From Octopus sinensis (taxonomy: Eukaryota): a stretch of DNA of 64,000 nt. The notes below the pieces were generated by a model. The model did not search any database, was not told where the DNA came from, and saw nothing but the letters and a program-made list of their open reading frames with translations. The stretch covers positions 190,278,001 to 190,342,000 of the forward strand of contig NC_042998.1 of assembly GCF_006345805.1 (NCBI RefSeq), given 5' to 3'. A program made the position numbers and the translations under genes. This document shows, piece by piece, positions 48,757 to 60,852 of this stretch. Each line of letters starts with the position of its first letter. Position 1 is the stretch's first letter.

Positions 48757-50047
48757 CAGGGTGTCCCAAAAGTCACTGATGGGTTTCAATTTTTAATAAC
48801 TTCTTTAACTTTACAAATAAATGCATGAAATTTTGATACAATATAAAGGACGTAATGGAAATTAATATGCACAAGTCAAATTTTGCAACATCACTCTTTA
48901 CTCTCTTTTACTTGTTTCAGTCATTTGACTGCAGCCATGCTGGAGCACCGCCTTTAATTAAACAACTCGACCCTGGGACTTATTCTTTGTAAGCCCAGTA
49001 CTTATTCTATCGGTCCCTTTTGCCGAACCGCTAAGTAACGGGGACATAAACAAACCAGCATCGGTTGTCAAGCGATGTTGGATGGGACAAACACAGACAC
49101 ACATACATACACGGACACATACATATATATATATACACACACATATATACAACAGGCTTCTTTCAGTTTCCGTCAACCAAATCCTCTCAAGGCTTTGGTC
49201 AGCCCGAGGCTATAGTAGAAGACACTTGCCCAAGGTGCCACGCAGTGGGACTGAACCCGGAACCATGTGGTTGGTAAACAAGCTACTTACCACACAGCCG
49301 CTCCTGCACCTATATCACATTTGAAAAATGACATTGCTTAAATGGCAGCACACGCGCGCTCTTTCCAAAGCTTGCACCATAACACCCTCAAGAGTTTCAG
49401 ACCTCACTTCTCTGATTTCTCTATTGATGTTCTCCTTCAGTTACACCAGAACTTCCGGTTTGTTGACATAAACCCTCCCTTTCAGATATATCAACAAGAA
49501 AAAAATCTGGGCTAGTCAAGTCTGGGGAATGTGAAGGCCAGTTAACATTGCCATAGCAGAAGATCATTCTCTCTCCAAAGCAATGCTGTAGCAACTGCAT
49601 TGTTTCTCTTGTGGTATGAGCAGTTACCCCATCTTGCAGGAACCATGTGTGAGGTCGACTTTGAATGGCTTTCATGTTCCCCAGACTTGACTAGCCAGGA
49701 TTTTTTCTTGTGGGGATACCTGAAAAGGAGGGTTTGTGTCAACAAACCAGAGACCTTGGTGCAACTGAAGGAGAACATCAATAAAGAAATCAGAGAAGTG
49801 GGCTCTGAAACTCTTGAGGGCATTATGGTGCAAGTTTTGGAAAGAGCACGGATGTGTGAAGCCAAAAATGGCTGCCATTTAAGCGATATCATTTTTCATA
49901 TGTGATATAGTGGTGTTGCAAAATTTGACTTAAGCATATTAATTTCCATTATGTCCTTTATATTGTATCAAAATTTCATGCATTTATTTGTAAAGTTAAG
50001 GAAGTTATTAAAAATTGAAACCCATCAGTGACTTTTGGGACACCCTG
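48757..50047. mobile_element. Fold-back Tc1/mariner element: two transposase 3' ends head-to-head, TA-flanked
   Basis: Termini cagggtgtcccaaaagtcactgatggg are inverted; minus strand encodes LQDGVTAH...WPSHSPDLTSPDFF, plus strand encodes WLSCSPDLTSQDFFLWGYLK...CHLSDIIFHM. Confidence 0.92.
48896..49311 (-). mobile_element. Family A SINE inserted in the left arm of the fold-back element
   Basis: Interrupts catcact|atatcacat, which is contiguous in the right arm. Confidence 0.92.
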
Positions 50048-50803
50048 TATATCATAGTGGCAATCATAACAATTGTATTTGGTAATCATAACAAGTGTAT
50101 TTGACCAACAGGATACTAGAGGAATACCAATGATATTCTCAGTTATCAACCAGTCAATAGAACAAGCAGTGCAATATTAACTAGCTAAATGATATTAGGT
50201 ACTCTGTAATTCTGACAATGTAGCAACATTTGAAAATGTCATGCAGTGTAAATACAAAAGAATATGAACAGTGTTTCATTTAGATTATGCCACCTATGTT
50301 TCAATAGCATGGCTACTTGTCCATAATGTATTACATATGGGATTACATAACACAAATTATATATAAATTACATAACCAAACTATCTCCTCAGGAATTTTG
50401 TAACAGTTGACAGCCTAATTTTGACTGTCAATGGAAGAAATGGTTTGGCTTTGCAATTCATATATCACTGGGGGAGAAAAACACAATTTTCCTTTAGTTA
50501 GATCTGACACTTGCTTCTGATTAACTCGACGTCTGAATCCAAAAATGACCCCAGTTTTTTTCTGTATCACATCAACTTTTTGAGCTACAGGATACCCTCA
50601 CTTTTTCTCAAAAGCCAAAAAGATACAGTACCTAACAAATTTGTGGTTATTTTACAGAATGTTTTAGAAATATACATACAATGGAAAAAAATAAAACATT
50701 GCTTCACTGTAATGTTTGTACAAATTTAACTTATTCACACAAAGGGTGTTACTGGGAGTCAAATTGTATGCAAGGAGTTATGTTAAAAATGTACACTTAT
50801 AGT

Positions 50804-51177
50804 GTGGCATCTTGGGCAGGTGTCTTCTACTATAGCGTGACATCTTGGGCAGGTGTCTTCTACAATAGCCTCGGGCCGACCAATGCCTTGTGAGTGGATT
50901 TGGTAGACGGAAACTGAAAGAAGCCTGTCGTATATATGTATATATATATATGTATTTGTGTGTATATGTTTGTGTGTCTGTGTTTGTCCCCCTAGCATTG
51001 CTTGACAACCGATGCTGGTGTGTTTACGTCCCCGTCACTTAGCGGTTCGGCAAAAGAGACCGATAGAATAAGTACTGGGCTTACAAAGAATAAGTCCCGG
51101 GGTTGATTTGCTCGACTAAAGGCAGTGCTCCAGCATGGCCACAGTCAAATGACTGAAACAAGTAAAAGAGTAAAGAG
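50804..51177 (+). mobile_element. 5'-truncated family A SINE with a duplication of about 30 bp at its 5' end
   Basis: gtg(g/a)catcttgggcaggtgtcttctac(t/a)atagc occurs twice. Confidence 0.88.
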
Positions 51178-51669
51178 AATAGGTTTTCCTGGGATGTTCA
51201 GTCTGGACAATTTCACTTCATGTTCCAGTAACAGTCAGTCATCATGTTTACATCCCATCTACCCTGATACCATTCCTCCATAACCTTCATGTGCAGGGGT
51301 GGGAATATAATTTTCTTTATGTCAACAAGTGACTCATGCAGAATGTTGGGATTACCAGACTTAAGGTCAGATCTTGGAGGTCAATTATTCTCTGCTCAAA
51401 GCTTCTCTCAAGCTCTACAAGCCCTTATGCAGAGAAAGCAGGGATACTTGATGTATCTGCATTGCTGACTAATACAGAAGAATACTATTTTAAGGTCAAC
51501 AACTCAGGAAAACATGGTGAAGCATTATCTTCAAATGTTGGGCCTCATGGAGGCAATGACAAGTGTTCAAGAACCAAGATCTGAGGCGTTCAAGAACCAA
51601 GAAGAGTTGTATGCAATGAAGTCATTGATGATATCAGAGTGAGACAATGCAAGGCAAATCAAACAGCTG

Positions 51670-51695
51670 GTAGTAGTAGTAGTAGTAGTAGTAGT
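51670..51695. repeat. (GTA)n microsatellite
   Basis: Read directly. Confidence 0.9.
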
Positions 51696-54376
51696 TGGTG
51701 GGAGTTGAGTGAGATGTAAAAAGAGAGACACAAGATGAACTTAAGAAGGATAATGAAGAGACATTAGGCCAGGGTAATTAGAAGTGTTCGTTAATGATAT
51801 CTATGTGAAACAAGTGGGTGGTAGGCTCTACATAAATAGATTCAACCACTTTCAGAAAGGAACTAGAATTTTGAGTACAGCCTACACAGCTGGGATAGAT
51901 TAGAGATAGAGAAGTTGATAGATTTGTTCCTCAGCAAGCAATAAGATAGCTAATATGCATGATAGTAAGTTTATCAAAGTAATGTAATAATGTGGTCTGA
52001 AAAACTATTTTCCTCAAGAGGCATTCTTTCTTATTAAATGACAGCTTTATTCCATAGACAAAATGTTCAAAATCCTATTTTTATTTTAAGACATTTTTTT
52101 CTCATTAACAACTCTTTCTTTGCCTTACCTCCCTATCTCCCTTTTTTCTCACAGCCATAAACACATTTGTCTCTTATTCTCATTTTCTATGCACAAAGCT
52201 CATAATTTACTGTATTTACTAAATGACAGGAATCCATAAGCTATGTTTATAAATCAAACTTTGTCATAATAGCCTATATAGTAAGAGGAGGAAAGACAGT
52301 TCCCATGATACTTTTCAGAACCTCCAAGTTTCATGAAAAGAAATCATCTTCAGATTGAAAACCTGACCTGAATACTTGCAGAGTGGGCATCAAATTAAAG
52401 GTACCCAAGGGCAAGGTGGTGTTAAACAGTAATGGATTATGTCTACCACCTGAAATAATATAACAAAATTTAATAAGGGACTAAGAATAATCTCATGCTT
52501 ATTCTAATTATGCACATAAAAATCTTTTCTACCATACAATATTTCTGTTATTATATTTCTGATGCATTTGGACTAGTATCTTTACCTTGGTCGTTATCTT
52601 TCAATCAGTGTACCCTCTGGCTTTCTTCAGATGCCTGACATATTTGGTAACATTGTTCGAATTTTAAACTGAAACCTTTATTAAATCTATGAGAGTAACA
52701 TTAATTCTTCATAACTACAAAGCTGCATTCCACCTGTACCTTTGTCAAATAATGTATTCACCTGTTCCCGTCTCACCATTCCAACACAATTGACTTGGCC
52801 CTATACTTAATTCAATTGTTTTACTCAGAATGTAACCCTCTAGAATTCTTTCTCTGCACATGTGCCAACTTACAGCAAATCCAAATTCTATCTCAATCAT
52901 ATTGACTTCAATAGTTTAGGTCTTGGAAAGGTTGCGGGTAATGACCCTTATCGCATCAAACAATATCTGTCTCAGTTATTGACACAAAAACCAATAAATA
53001 TGGTTAGTCCATCAAATGAACCTACTTGAAACCGATTCTCCATATTCACTCAAAGCTCTTTATATACCATTTTCTGCAATTTGACTCTTCAAAGCTCCAA
53101 GTGCCAGAGTCATTAGCTCATTACACAAACACACCAGTTTCTCAAGGATTCTGCTTAGCATGAGAATTGCTTTGATAAGTACACTTGTCTTCAAGTTTCA
53201 GCTTTAAATACATCTAGCAGCTCTTACCTTCTCAAACTTCTTCCATAGCACAAAAGTGGTGAAATGAGAAATGAAATGAGTGATGTGATATAAAGTGAAG
53301 CAGAAACAAATCAATAAACTGAAAACTGGTCTATTTGAAGAAAAGAGCAGAGTTCTGAATATGGGACAAATGGACCCATATATCCTATGAAAATCAATAT
53401 TTAAAACTTTGTATTTTCAGCTTGCGTTTATCTTCCAACATTTCAGCAAATCAGTGTACAAATAATTGGGAAATATGTAAGAAAACGAATGATGATACGA
53501 GGGTGGGAACGGAGAAAGAACAACAATGAAAAAAAATACAAAAGTGAAAGAGCGAAGAAAAAAATAAATTGAATGAAGAAGTAACGAGGAAATACTATGA
53601 AGTAGAATGAGGAAAAGAAAGGTGAGAGGGCAGTGAAGCAACGGCAAGAAGATAAAGCAACAGGGGCAGATACAGCAAGTAGGGAGGTAGAGAAGTGTAG
53701 TGCAACTGTAGAACTACAGCAGTAGCAAAAGGACAGCAGCTGCTGAGATATGCGACAGCAGAAGCAAAGGCAGCCAGTAAGAAATCACAACAAAATCCAA
53801 CAGCACCAAGTTGGAGCAGAATTGAAATGAAGAAATACATTAATGAGGGAACAGAGTAACTTGGCTCCAGCAATATAAGGAAATACGACAGTTAGATGGT
53901 AATACAGGAGGAGTAAAGGCAGTATATATATATATATAGCAGACTGGTGTTCATACACGTATAATTCATATCTAAAATGTTAAGCACTTATGGATACCTA
54001 GTTACTATTCCTATGCTTAGAATCTGTTCTCATCAAATTTAAGTATGATATTTAACTGTGTTAGACATTAGTAGAACATCTTATCTGTTGGTGGTTAAGT
54101 GATTATGAATTATATATGATACTTATATGTCATCTAGTGAGGTAGTCCTGTTAGTCAGTATCAGAAAACTGCTTATATAAATGGTTAGCTTGGCAGAAGA
54201 GGAGGAGAAGGAGGAGGAGGAGAAATATTTGGTGAAATTCATAATGTGGTAACCCAGTATGCAACAGGTTTCGTTAGAGCGAGCTTTATAAATTATAACA
54301 TATGAGTGCAACATATGGCTATCTATATCAAATCGTTTTAATTTAATGTAATTAGACACAAACACATGCATGTACA

Positions 54377-54380
<4 letters not shown>

Positions 54381-54420
<40 letters not shown>
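54381..54420. repeat. (TG)n(AG)n compound microsatellite
   Basis: Read directly. Confidence 0.9.
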
Positions 54421-54734
54421 TCAAGTTGACTGGAACTACATTTTTTTTCAGTTGGTTTCTTCAAACCAGACTGACTGAAGGAGCTGGTAGGCAAAACTTT
54501 AGTCAACTTGACTTCCACAATAAATTTGACTACTTTTAGTGTGGTGCTAAATTATGAGAGTAAATGTGAAATAGTTATTAAACTTACTTTAAAATGATAT
54601 ATTTTAAACTTTATATACATGTATGCATACATGTCTATATATAAGTGTATACACATACACAAGATATGTACAGACTAAATTGTAAGATATATATAACATA
54701 TAGGATATATACATATATATAAGATATATATATA

Positions 54735-55250
54735 TCATCATCATCATCGTTTAACATCCGTTTTCTGTGTTAGCACAGGTTGGACGGTTCGACCGGGGTC
54801 TGGGAAGCCAGGAGGCTGCACCAGGCTCCAGTCTTATCTGGCAATGTTTCTACAGCTGGATGCCCTTCCTAACGCCAACCACTCCACGAGTGTAGTGGGT
54901 GCTTTTTATGTGCCACCTGCACAGGTGCCAGGGGGGTCTGGCATCGGCCACGATCAGTTGGTGCTTTTAACGTGCCACCATATATATATAGATATACATA
55001 ACATAGAGGAGATATACATAAGTATACAACATACACTTACATATACAATATGTACATTAAACTATGAGATACTATCTTATACAGTGTACATAATATATAG
55101 GACAAACTTGCACTTTTAATGTTAGGAAGGGCATTCAGTGATAGAAACCATGCCAGAATAGACAATGAAGCCTGGTGTGGACCCTGGCCTTACCAGCACC
55201 AGTCAAACCATCCAGCCCATGCCAGCATGGAAAACAGACATTAAATGAGG
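54735..55250. mobile_element. Two RTE-LINE 3'-end repeats in opposite orientation (about 54735-54980 minus, 55120-55250 plus)
   Basis: Family core sequence. Confidence 0.75.
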
Positions 55251-56780
55251 TGTGTATACTAACATGGAATATAAAAATTAATGTATGACACGTTCATTCA
55301 CTGTTTGTTGAGAGCACGACTTGAAAAATCCCTTGCATTCTCTCTTGTCAGAGAGTGTGTTGGCACTGGGAGCAACCAGCTAAAAAACTGCTCAAAGGAC
55401 TTCCCAAGATGACCACCACTCATGAACTCAGAACACACTGATCCAAATGTGACAAAGCATTTCAGTTGATACTCTAGCATTCCACTAATTCACTACCATA
55501 CAGTGATATTTTATTCATGAATCCAAAAGGATAAAAGGCAGAGAACCAGATCAAACATTGCTGGATGCTCTTCCTATAGCTACTTATTCAACTGTGAAAT
55601 AAGAGTGAAACTGGTTTTGTTAGCCAGGCACACAGAGCAAACAGTAAACTTGTTCAAAAGTAGTAAATTAATCAGCTGCCATTAGCATTAAAACCAATAG
55701 TTAAAGTATAATACTACATGTAATGCTAAGAGTATCAAAACATCAACTAGAAATAATTACGCAATGAAATAAAAACATTATTAGTGATTGACAAATATTA
55801 TAATTGTTTCAGCAAGTAAGGCAAGGCCTATGTTTTGCTAATGAGGTCATAACACTACCAAATATGTCCAGAGTTATCTAATGACAAATAGTTTTTTTGT
55901 TTTTTTTACTCGCTTGTATAATTATTTTTAGTTAGTAATTTGATATTCTCTACATTAAATGTAAATACTAACTGAAATCCAGATAACAGGATTTGTAACC
56001 TAGAACCTTAAACTCATGGCACTGTGTCTCCGTAACATATATTATTACTCTTTTGCTATCCTCAATTTCTCTTCCTACACTCAGTGAAATGTCAGAGCTT
56101 AATTATCAAATTCTGTCACACTTTCAATTCAATAGCTAAGTCTAAACTGCATCACAGCATACTTAGATTGTCATCTCTCTAATCCATCTCTTAAATTGAT
56201 AACTTTAAGCACTTTATGCTTCTCATGCTTTTCACTATAAACATAATAAAAGACATATGGAAACAGAAATCTAGGAAGATCAGGCACTTATTCAATAATT
56301 TCAGTTGATGTACATGATTAATACAGAAGTCTAACCTACAGAAAAAAAGGATATTCCTTCTATACTGTACTGAACTCTTTACTGTTACTTTTAACCACAC
56401 ATGGGTCATTCCAAAGTATTTTGTTCACACGAAAATCAAAAATAAAATTTGTTTATTTGGAAAAAATTTCTTTCTCCCATAAAAACCCATGTAATTTACG
56501 CACTTTTTTCACAAAAACAAACTTTAGTGGGTGCATAAATTAGCTGAGTAGATCATTTCCAGAATTTTTTCAGGAATTTTTTTTTTTTTGTTGAAAGATG
56601 ACGTACCATTTGTACCAGAAGTTGACTAATTTAATGTCAGAATAGGTTTTTACAGAGGAAATATGAAGTCAACTTTTATTCATGCTGGATGGTAAAATGC
56701 TTATGTTTCTTGTTTAAATTTACTAAAACTAATTAATGGTTAACTAGTTTTTGAAGTTTAACGTTCATGCTGGTAATCAC

Positions 56781-57405
56781 GGTCTGAACTGTGAAATTTT
56801 TTTCCCACGAGAGTTCTGGACCCCAGTTATGAATTCATTTGTATACAGCCAATCAGAGCTCAACTATCAATCTAGTGTCCACTTAGTCACAAAAATATTC
56901 TGGTTGAGTTCAGTGGAAAATGTGCATTATTGCAAAATCTAACTGTTCTAAACAGGTTAATAGGGGTGACAAATGTGAAATTTAGTGCATAAAGGGGAGA
57001 GCTGTTCACCGATGATGCCATAAGTGTTGCCAATTTGCATAATTTACTAGAAAATGTAAATGAAGTTTCCTAATTTTTTGATCGATTTTGTACATTCCTA
57101 ATTTAAACTGTTGGTGTTGATCTGGAAACATTGTAATCAATATGGTGTTGTGTCATATTGCGCTCTCCTTGCATATATCAATGGGTATATGCAGTACGGG
57201 GGGGGGGGGGGGTTAATGTGGTGCTTATGTGAGACCTGCTATACTGTACTCACAGAGTGACATACACCATTCTATGCCTGACTGGCTGTACTGTAGTAGT
57301 ACACAGTATGTGGATTTTCAAGGTAAACTCTGATAGACTCTATGCAAATGAGTTCATTACTGGGGTCTGAAACTCTCGTGGGGAAAAAAATTTCGCGTCC
57401 AGGCC
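56781..57405. repeat. Imperfect inverted repeat of about 80 bp with a spacer of about 460 bp (old MITE-like element)
   Basis: gtgaaatttttttcccacgagagttctggaccccagttatgaattcatttgtata pairs with tatgcaaatgagttcattactggggtctgaaactctcgtggggaaaaaaatttcgc. Confidence 0.7.
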
Positions 57406-57507
57406 ATATTTTACTGCATCTAACACCGACAACAACATCATAATTCATTCTTGTGCATGTAAAATCACTAAGTGGATATGACTTAGCGTTCCTACAGAAA
57501 CTTTCAT

Positions 57508-57692
57508 CCGGTGGCACGTAAAAAGCACCCACTACACTCTCAGAGTGGTTGGCATTAGGAAGGGCATCCAGCTGTAGAAATTCTGCCAAATCAAGATTGG
57601 AGCCCGGTGCAGCCATCTGGTTCGCCAGCCCTCAGTCAAAATCGTCCAACCCATGCTCGCATGGAAAGCAGACGTTAAACGATGATGATGAT
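57508..57692 (+). mobile_element. RTE-LINE 3'-end repeat
   Basis: Family core with gatgatgat tail. Confidence 0.85.
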
Positions 57693-59145
57693 CTTATATG
57701 ATGTTTAATGTCATTTCACATTCATAACACTTGTAGCATATATATTACCAGTTCTTTTGGTATAGTAGATTTTTGCTATTCTTGTTTATGTCTCCTCACA
57801 GACAAGTATATTCTAACAAGTCACTTCTTAAATTTCACACCCCTCTTGTTCAATAAATACTGAGTCAAACTTGCAAAGCTGTTTATTTCCTCCTTTCAGT
57901 TTTTTATGTTTATTTTAGTGGGTTACCAAACTATCAGTTTGATCCCCACCAGCTAAAATGGTAATGACAAACTTTTAAGTTTGCTTGACATTTTATAAGT
58001 GTGAAAGGGATTAAAATTTCGATACTCTGCATCAATGGTTCTGACAAGAATAGGTGGAAAATCAGAGCTTGAGACAAGAAGACACTTTCGACCAATCAGT
58101 TTACATAATCAGTTTGATTGGTCAACTTCCTGTCAGTCGAGTAAAGTGTCATCAAAGCAACACTGGTGCATATTTATCAGCTTTGTTTTTGTTGATAAGA
58201 ATTATCAACAACTTTTCCTGTGATTGTGATTTGAGAAGGCGTACAGAAGTATGCTAAAGATCGGACATAATCTCTTGTGGGCAAGAAATGTAAAATATAG
58301 TTTATTATAAACAACACACACACTTCATAATTTAATAGCTTTCAATGTGATACCTGTTAAGCAGAAATTATTTTTATTCAATGAAAATTTAATAAAATCT
58401 AATCATAAGTAAGTGAAATTATGCTAAACACAACTAAATTGAAAATCTTTTCCCCCTGGCCTTATCGGCAATTCTGAAAACTTTTGGGTGCGAATTTTAC
58501 ATGAGTAGAAGCTTTTTTTAACATTTTTTATCCTCAAAATCACCTGCATAAACTACATAGGTGCGCAAACTACATGGGATTTTACAGTAATATTTTGCAT
58601 AATGGTCATAGTTTATGAAAACAGGAAAAATGATTCTCAGTCTACTGTTGCTTATGCATAAATTATTACAATTTTCATAATTTCTAATTTTGGCCATTGT
58701 GGAGGAGAATTTTTTTTTTTTTTTTTTTAAGGGTTGTTAGTTCTCACACAAATAGCCAATTCAGAACCTGCATTTCAGAACCTCTGTTTTTAGGCCAGAG
58801 CTACTCAATAACATTTTCAAAATGGCCAGATGTCTTTTTTTTTTTTTGTTCTGTCTAAGGTACATAAGTATTTCTTTGTGGTGGAGGGGGAAATTTTGTT
58901 GCGGAGGGGAAATCTGTTGCGGAAAAAGTGTAAAGTCCAACAGGTCTTATCTAAAGTGGTGATAACAGCTATAGTAGCTTCAATGATATATTTCATTTTG
59001 ATGCAAGTTTAAACCTTCAAGAGAGACTAGCAAATCATAAATACTCAAAAGTGTGTTAAAGTCCAATGAAAATAAGCCTGATGTGGCTTTCTGAACCTGT
59101 AGAATGATCCTTCTGAAATTACAACATTTGGATAAATATGTGGAT

Positions 59146-59527
59146 GGAAGCACTCCGTCGGTTACGACGACGAGGGTTCCGGTTGATCCGAATCAACGGA
59201 ACAGCCTGCTCGTGAAATTAACGTGTAAGTGGCTGAGCATTCCACAGACACGTGTACCCTTAACGTAGTTCTCGGGGATATTCAGCGTGACACAGAAAGT
59301 GACAAGGCCGGCCCTTTGAAATACAGGTACAACAGAAACAGGAAGTAAGAGTGAGAGAAAGTTGTGGTGAAAGAGTACAGCAGGGATCACCACCATCCCC
59401 TGCCGAAGCCTCGTGGAGCTTTAGGTGTTTTCGCTCAATAAACACTCACAACGCCCGGTCTGGGAATCGAAACCGCAATCCTACGACCGCGAGTCCGCTG
59501 CCCTAACCACTAGGCCATTGCGCCTCC
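59146..59527 (-). mobile_element. Family C SINE (OR1-like)
   Basis: Closely similar to 18458-18840; 12-bp TSD ggataaatatgt at 59130-59141 and 59528-59539. Confidence 0.92.
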
Positions 59528-60109
59528 GGATAAATATGTATATATTATGTGTATATTATAGATTGAAACAAGTGGATTGATCAAACAAAAGCCCAATTTA
59601 ATATATATCTGAATGTTGGAAAACTCTACATTTTTAATGGTGACTGTAATTCCAAACCTTTAACAAGTAAACAAAAACCAAAACCCAAAGTGTGACCATT
59701 CAAATGAAAGCTCATGATGAGTTCATTTAAACAGTGGTATGAGTGAGTAATTATAAATCTGAAGTAAAAGCAAAAAAAAACAGTCTTGGCAGTGAAATCA
59801 TGACAGCACAGTTTACTGCATTTTTTTTCTCTTAAATGCCAATGTTTTGCAAGTCTGAGCATGGGTACTAGTTCACCACATTTGTTGCATTATGAGATAG
59901 TGCAAGACAATGTGCTTTCTTCAAAAGGCTGACTTGTGTTTGTGAGTACTCGGGTTCAAACAATGGCTTCTAGTACAGAAAGAAGAAAGAAGTTCAGGGA
60001 GAAAATAAGAAGTGATCCTATCAAACTTGAAGAGCAATAAGCAAGAAGCACTGAGAGAGAAAAAACAAAAGAAGAAAAGAGTCCAAACTGAAAAGAAAAT
60101 AACACCATT

Positions 60110-60355
60110 GGACATATGGCGTAGTGGTTAAGAGCACAGACTACTAACCCCAAGATTCCAAGTTCGATTCCAAGCAGTGACCTGAACACTAATAATAATA
60201 ATGATATCGAAAAAATATCCTGAGAATGAGAACCCAGGTTTGAAATTTCCCCCAAGACACCTGAAGAAGGCTGGAGGGTATATCAGCCAAAATGTTGTGT
60301 TAACAACAAACAAGATGAGGGCAAATATCCGTTGAATGTAAATAATGTAAATAAT
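60110..60355 (+). mobile_element. tRNA-headed SINE with a Penelope-like 3' tail and a mutated hammerhead motif
   Basis: A box ggcgtagtggttaag, B box agttcgattcc, (AAT)n, then gacacctgaagaaggctg...cagccaaaatgttgtgtt. Confidence 0.7.
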
Positions 60356-60476
60356 GAAGTACATACATATATAGAGAGAGGGAGGGGGAGACCAGTGTGA
60401 AATGTTTCTTTCAATCCAACAGTCTTGGAGATTCTGCTCAGAACTAATTCCCACCAAGAAAGATATACACATATAT

Positions 60477-60852
60477 GGCGCAGGAGTGGCTGTGTTCAGG
60501 GTTCAGTCCCACTGCGTGGCATCTTGAGCAAGTGTCTTCTACTATAGCCTCGGGCCGACCAAAGCCTTGTGAGTGGATTTGGTAGACGGAAACTGAAAGA
60601 AGCCCGTCGTATATATATGTATATATATGTGTGTGTGTGTGTTTGTGTGTCTGTGTTTGTTCCCCTAGCATTGCTTAACAACCGAAGCTGGTGTGTTTAT
60701 ATCCCCGTTACTTAGCGGTTCGGCAAAAGAGAACGATAAAATAAGTACTGGGCTTACAAAAGAATAAGTCCCAGGGTCGAGTTGCTCGATTAAAGGCGGT
60801 GCTCCAGCATGGCCGCAGTCAAATGACTGAAACAAGTAAAAGTGTAAAGTGT
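60477..60852 (+). mobile_element. Family A SINE with a deletion in the head
   Basis: ggcgcaggagtggctgtg joined directly to ttcagggttcagtccc. Confidence 0.9.

Noticed and set aside
53417-53873. ORFs in a purine-rich, CAG/GAA-rich tract
   Set aside because: Low-complexity sequence with no splice or homology support.
56483-58585. 23-bp inverted match (aaaacccatgtaatttacgcac / gtgcgcaaactacatgggatttt)
   Set aside because: Similarity does not extend, so a large TIR element cannot be supported.
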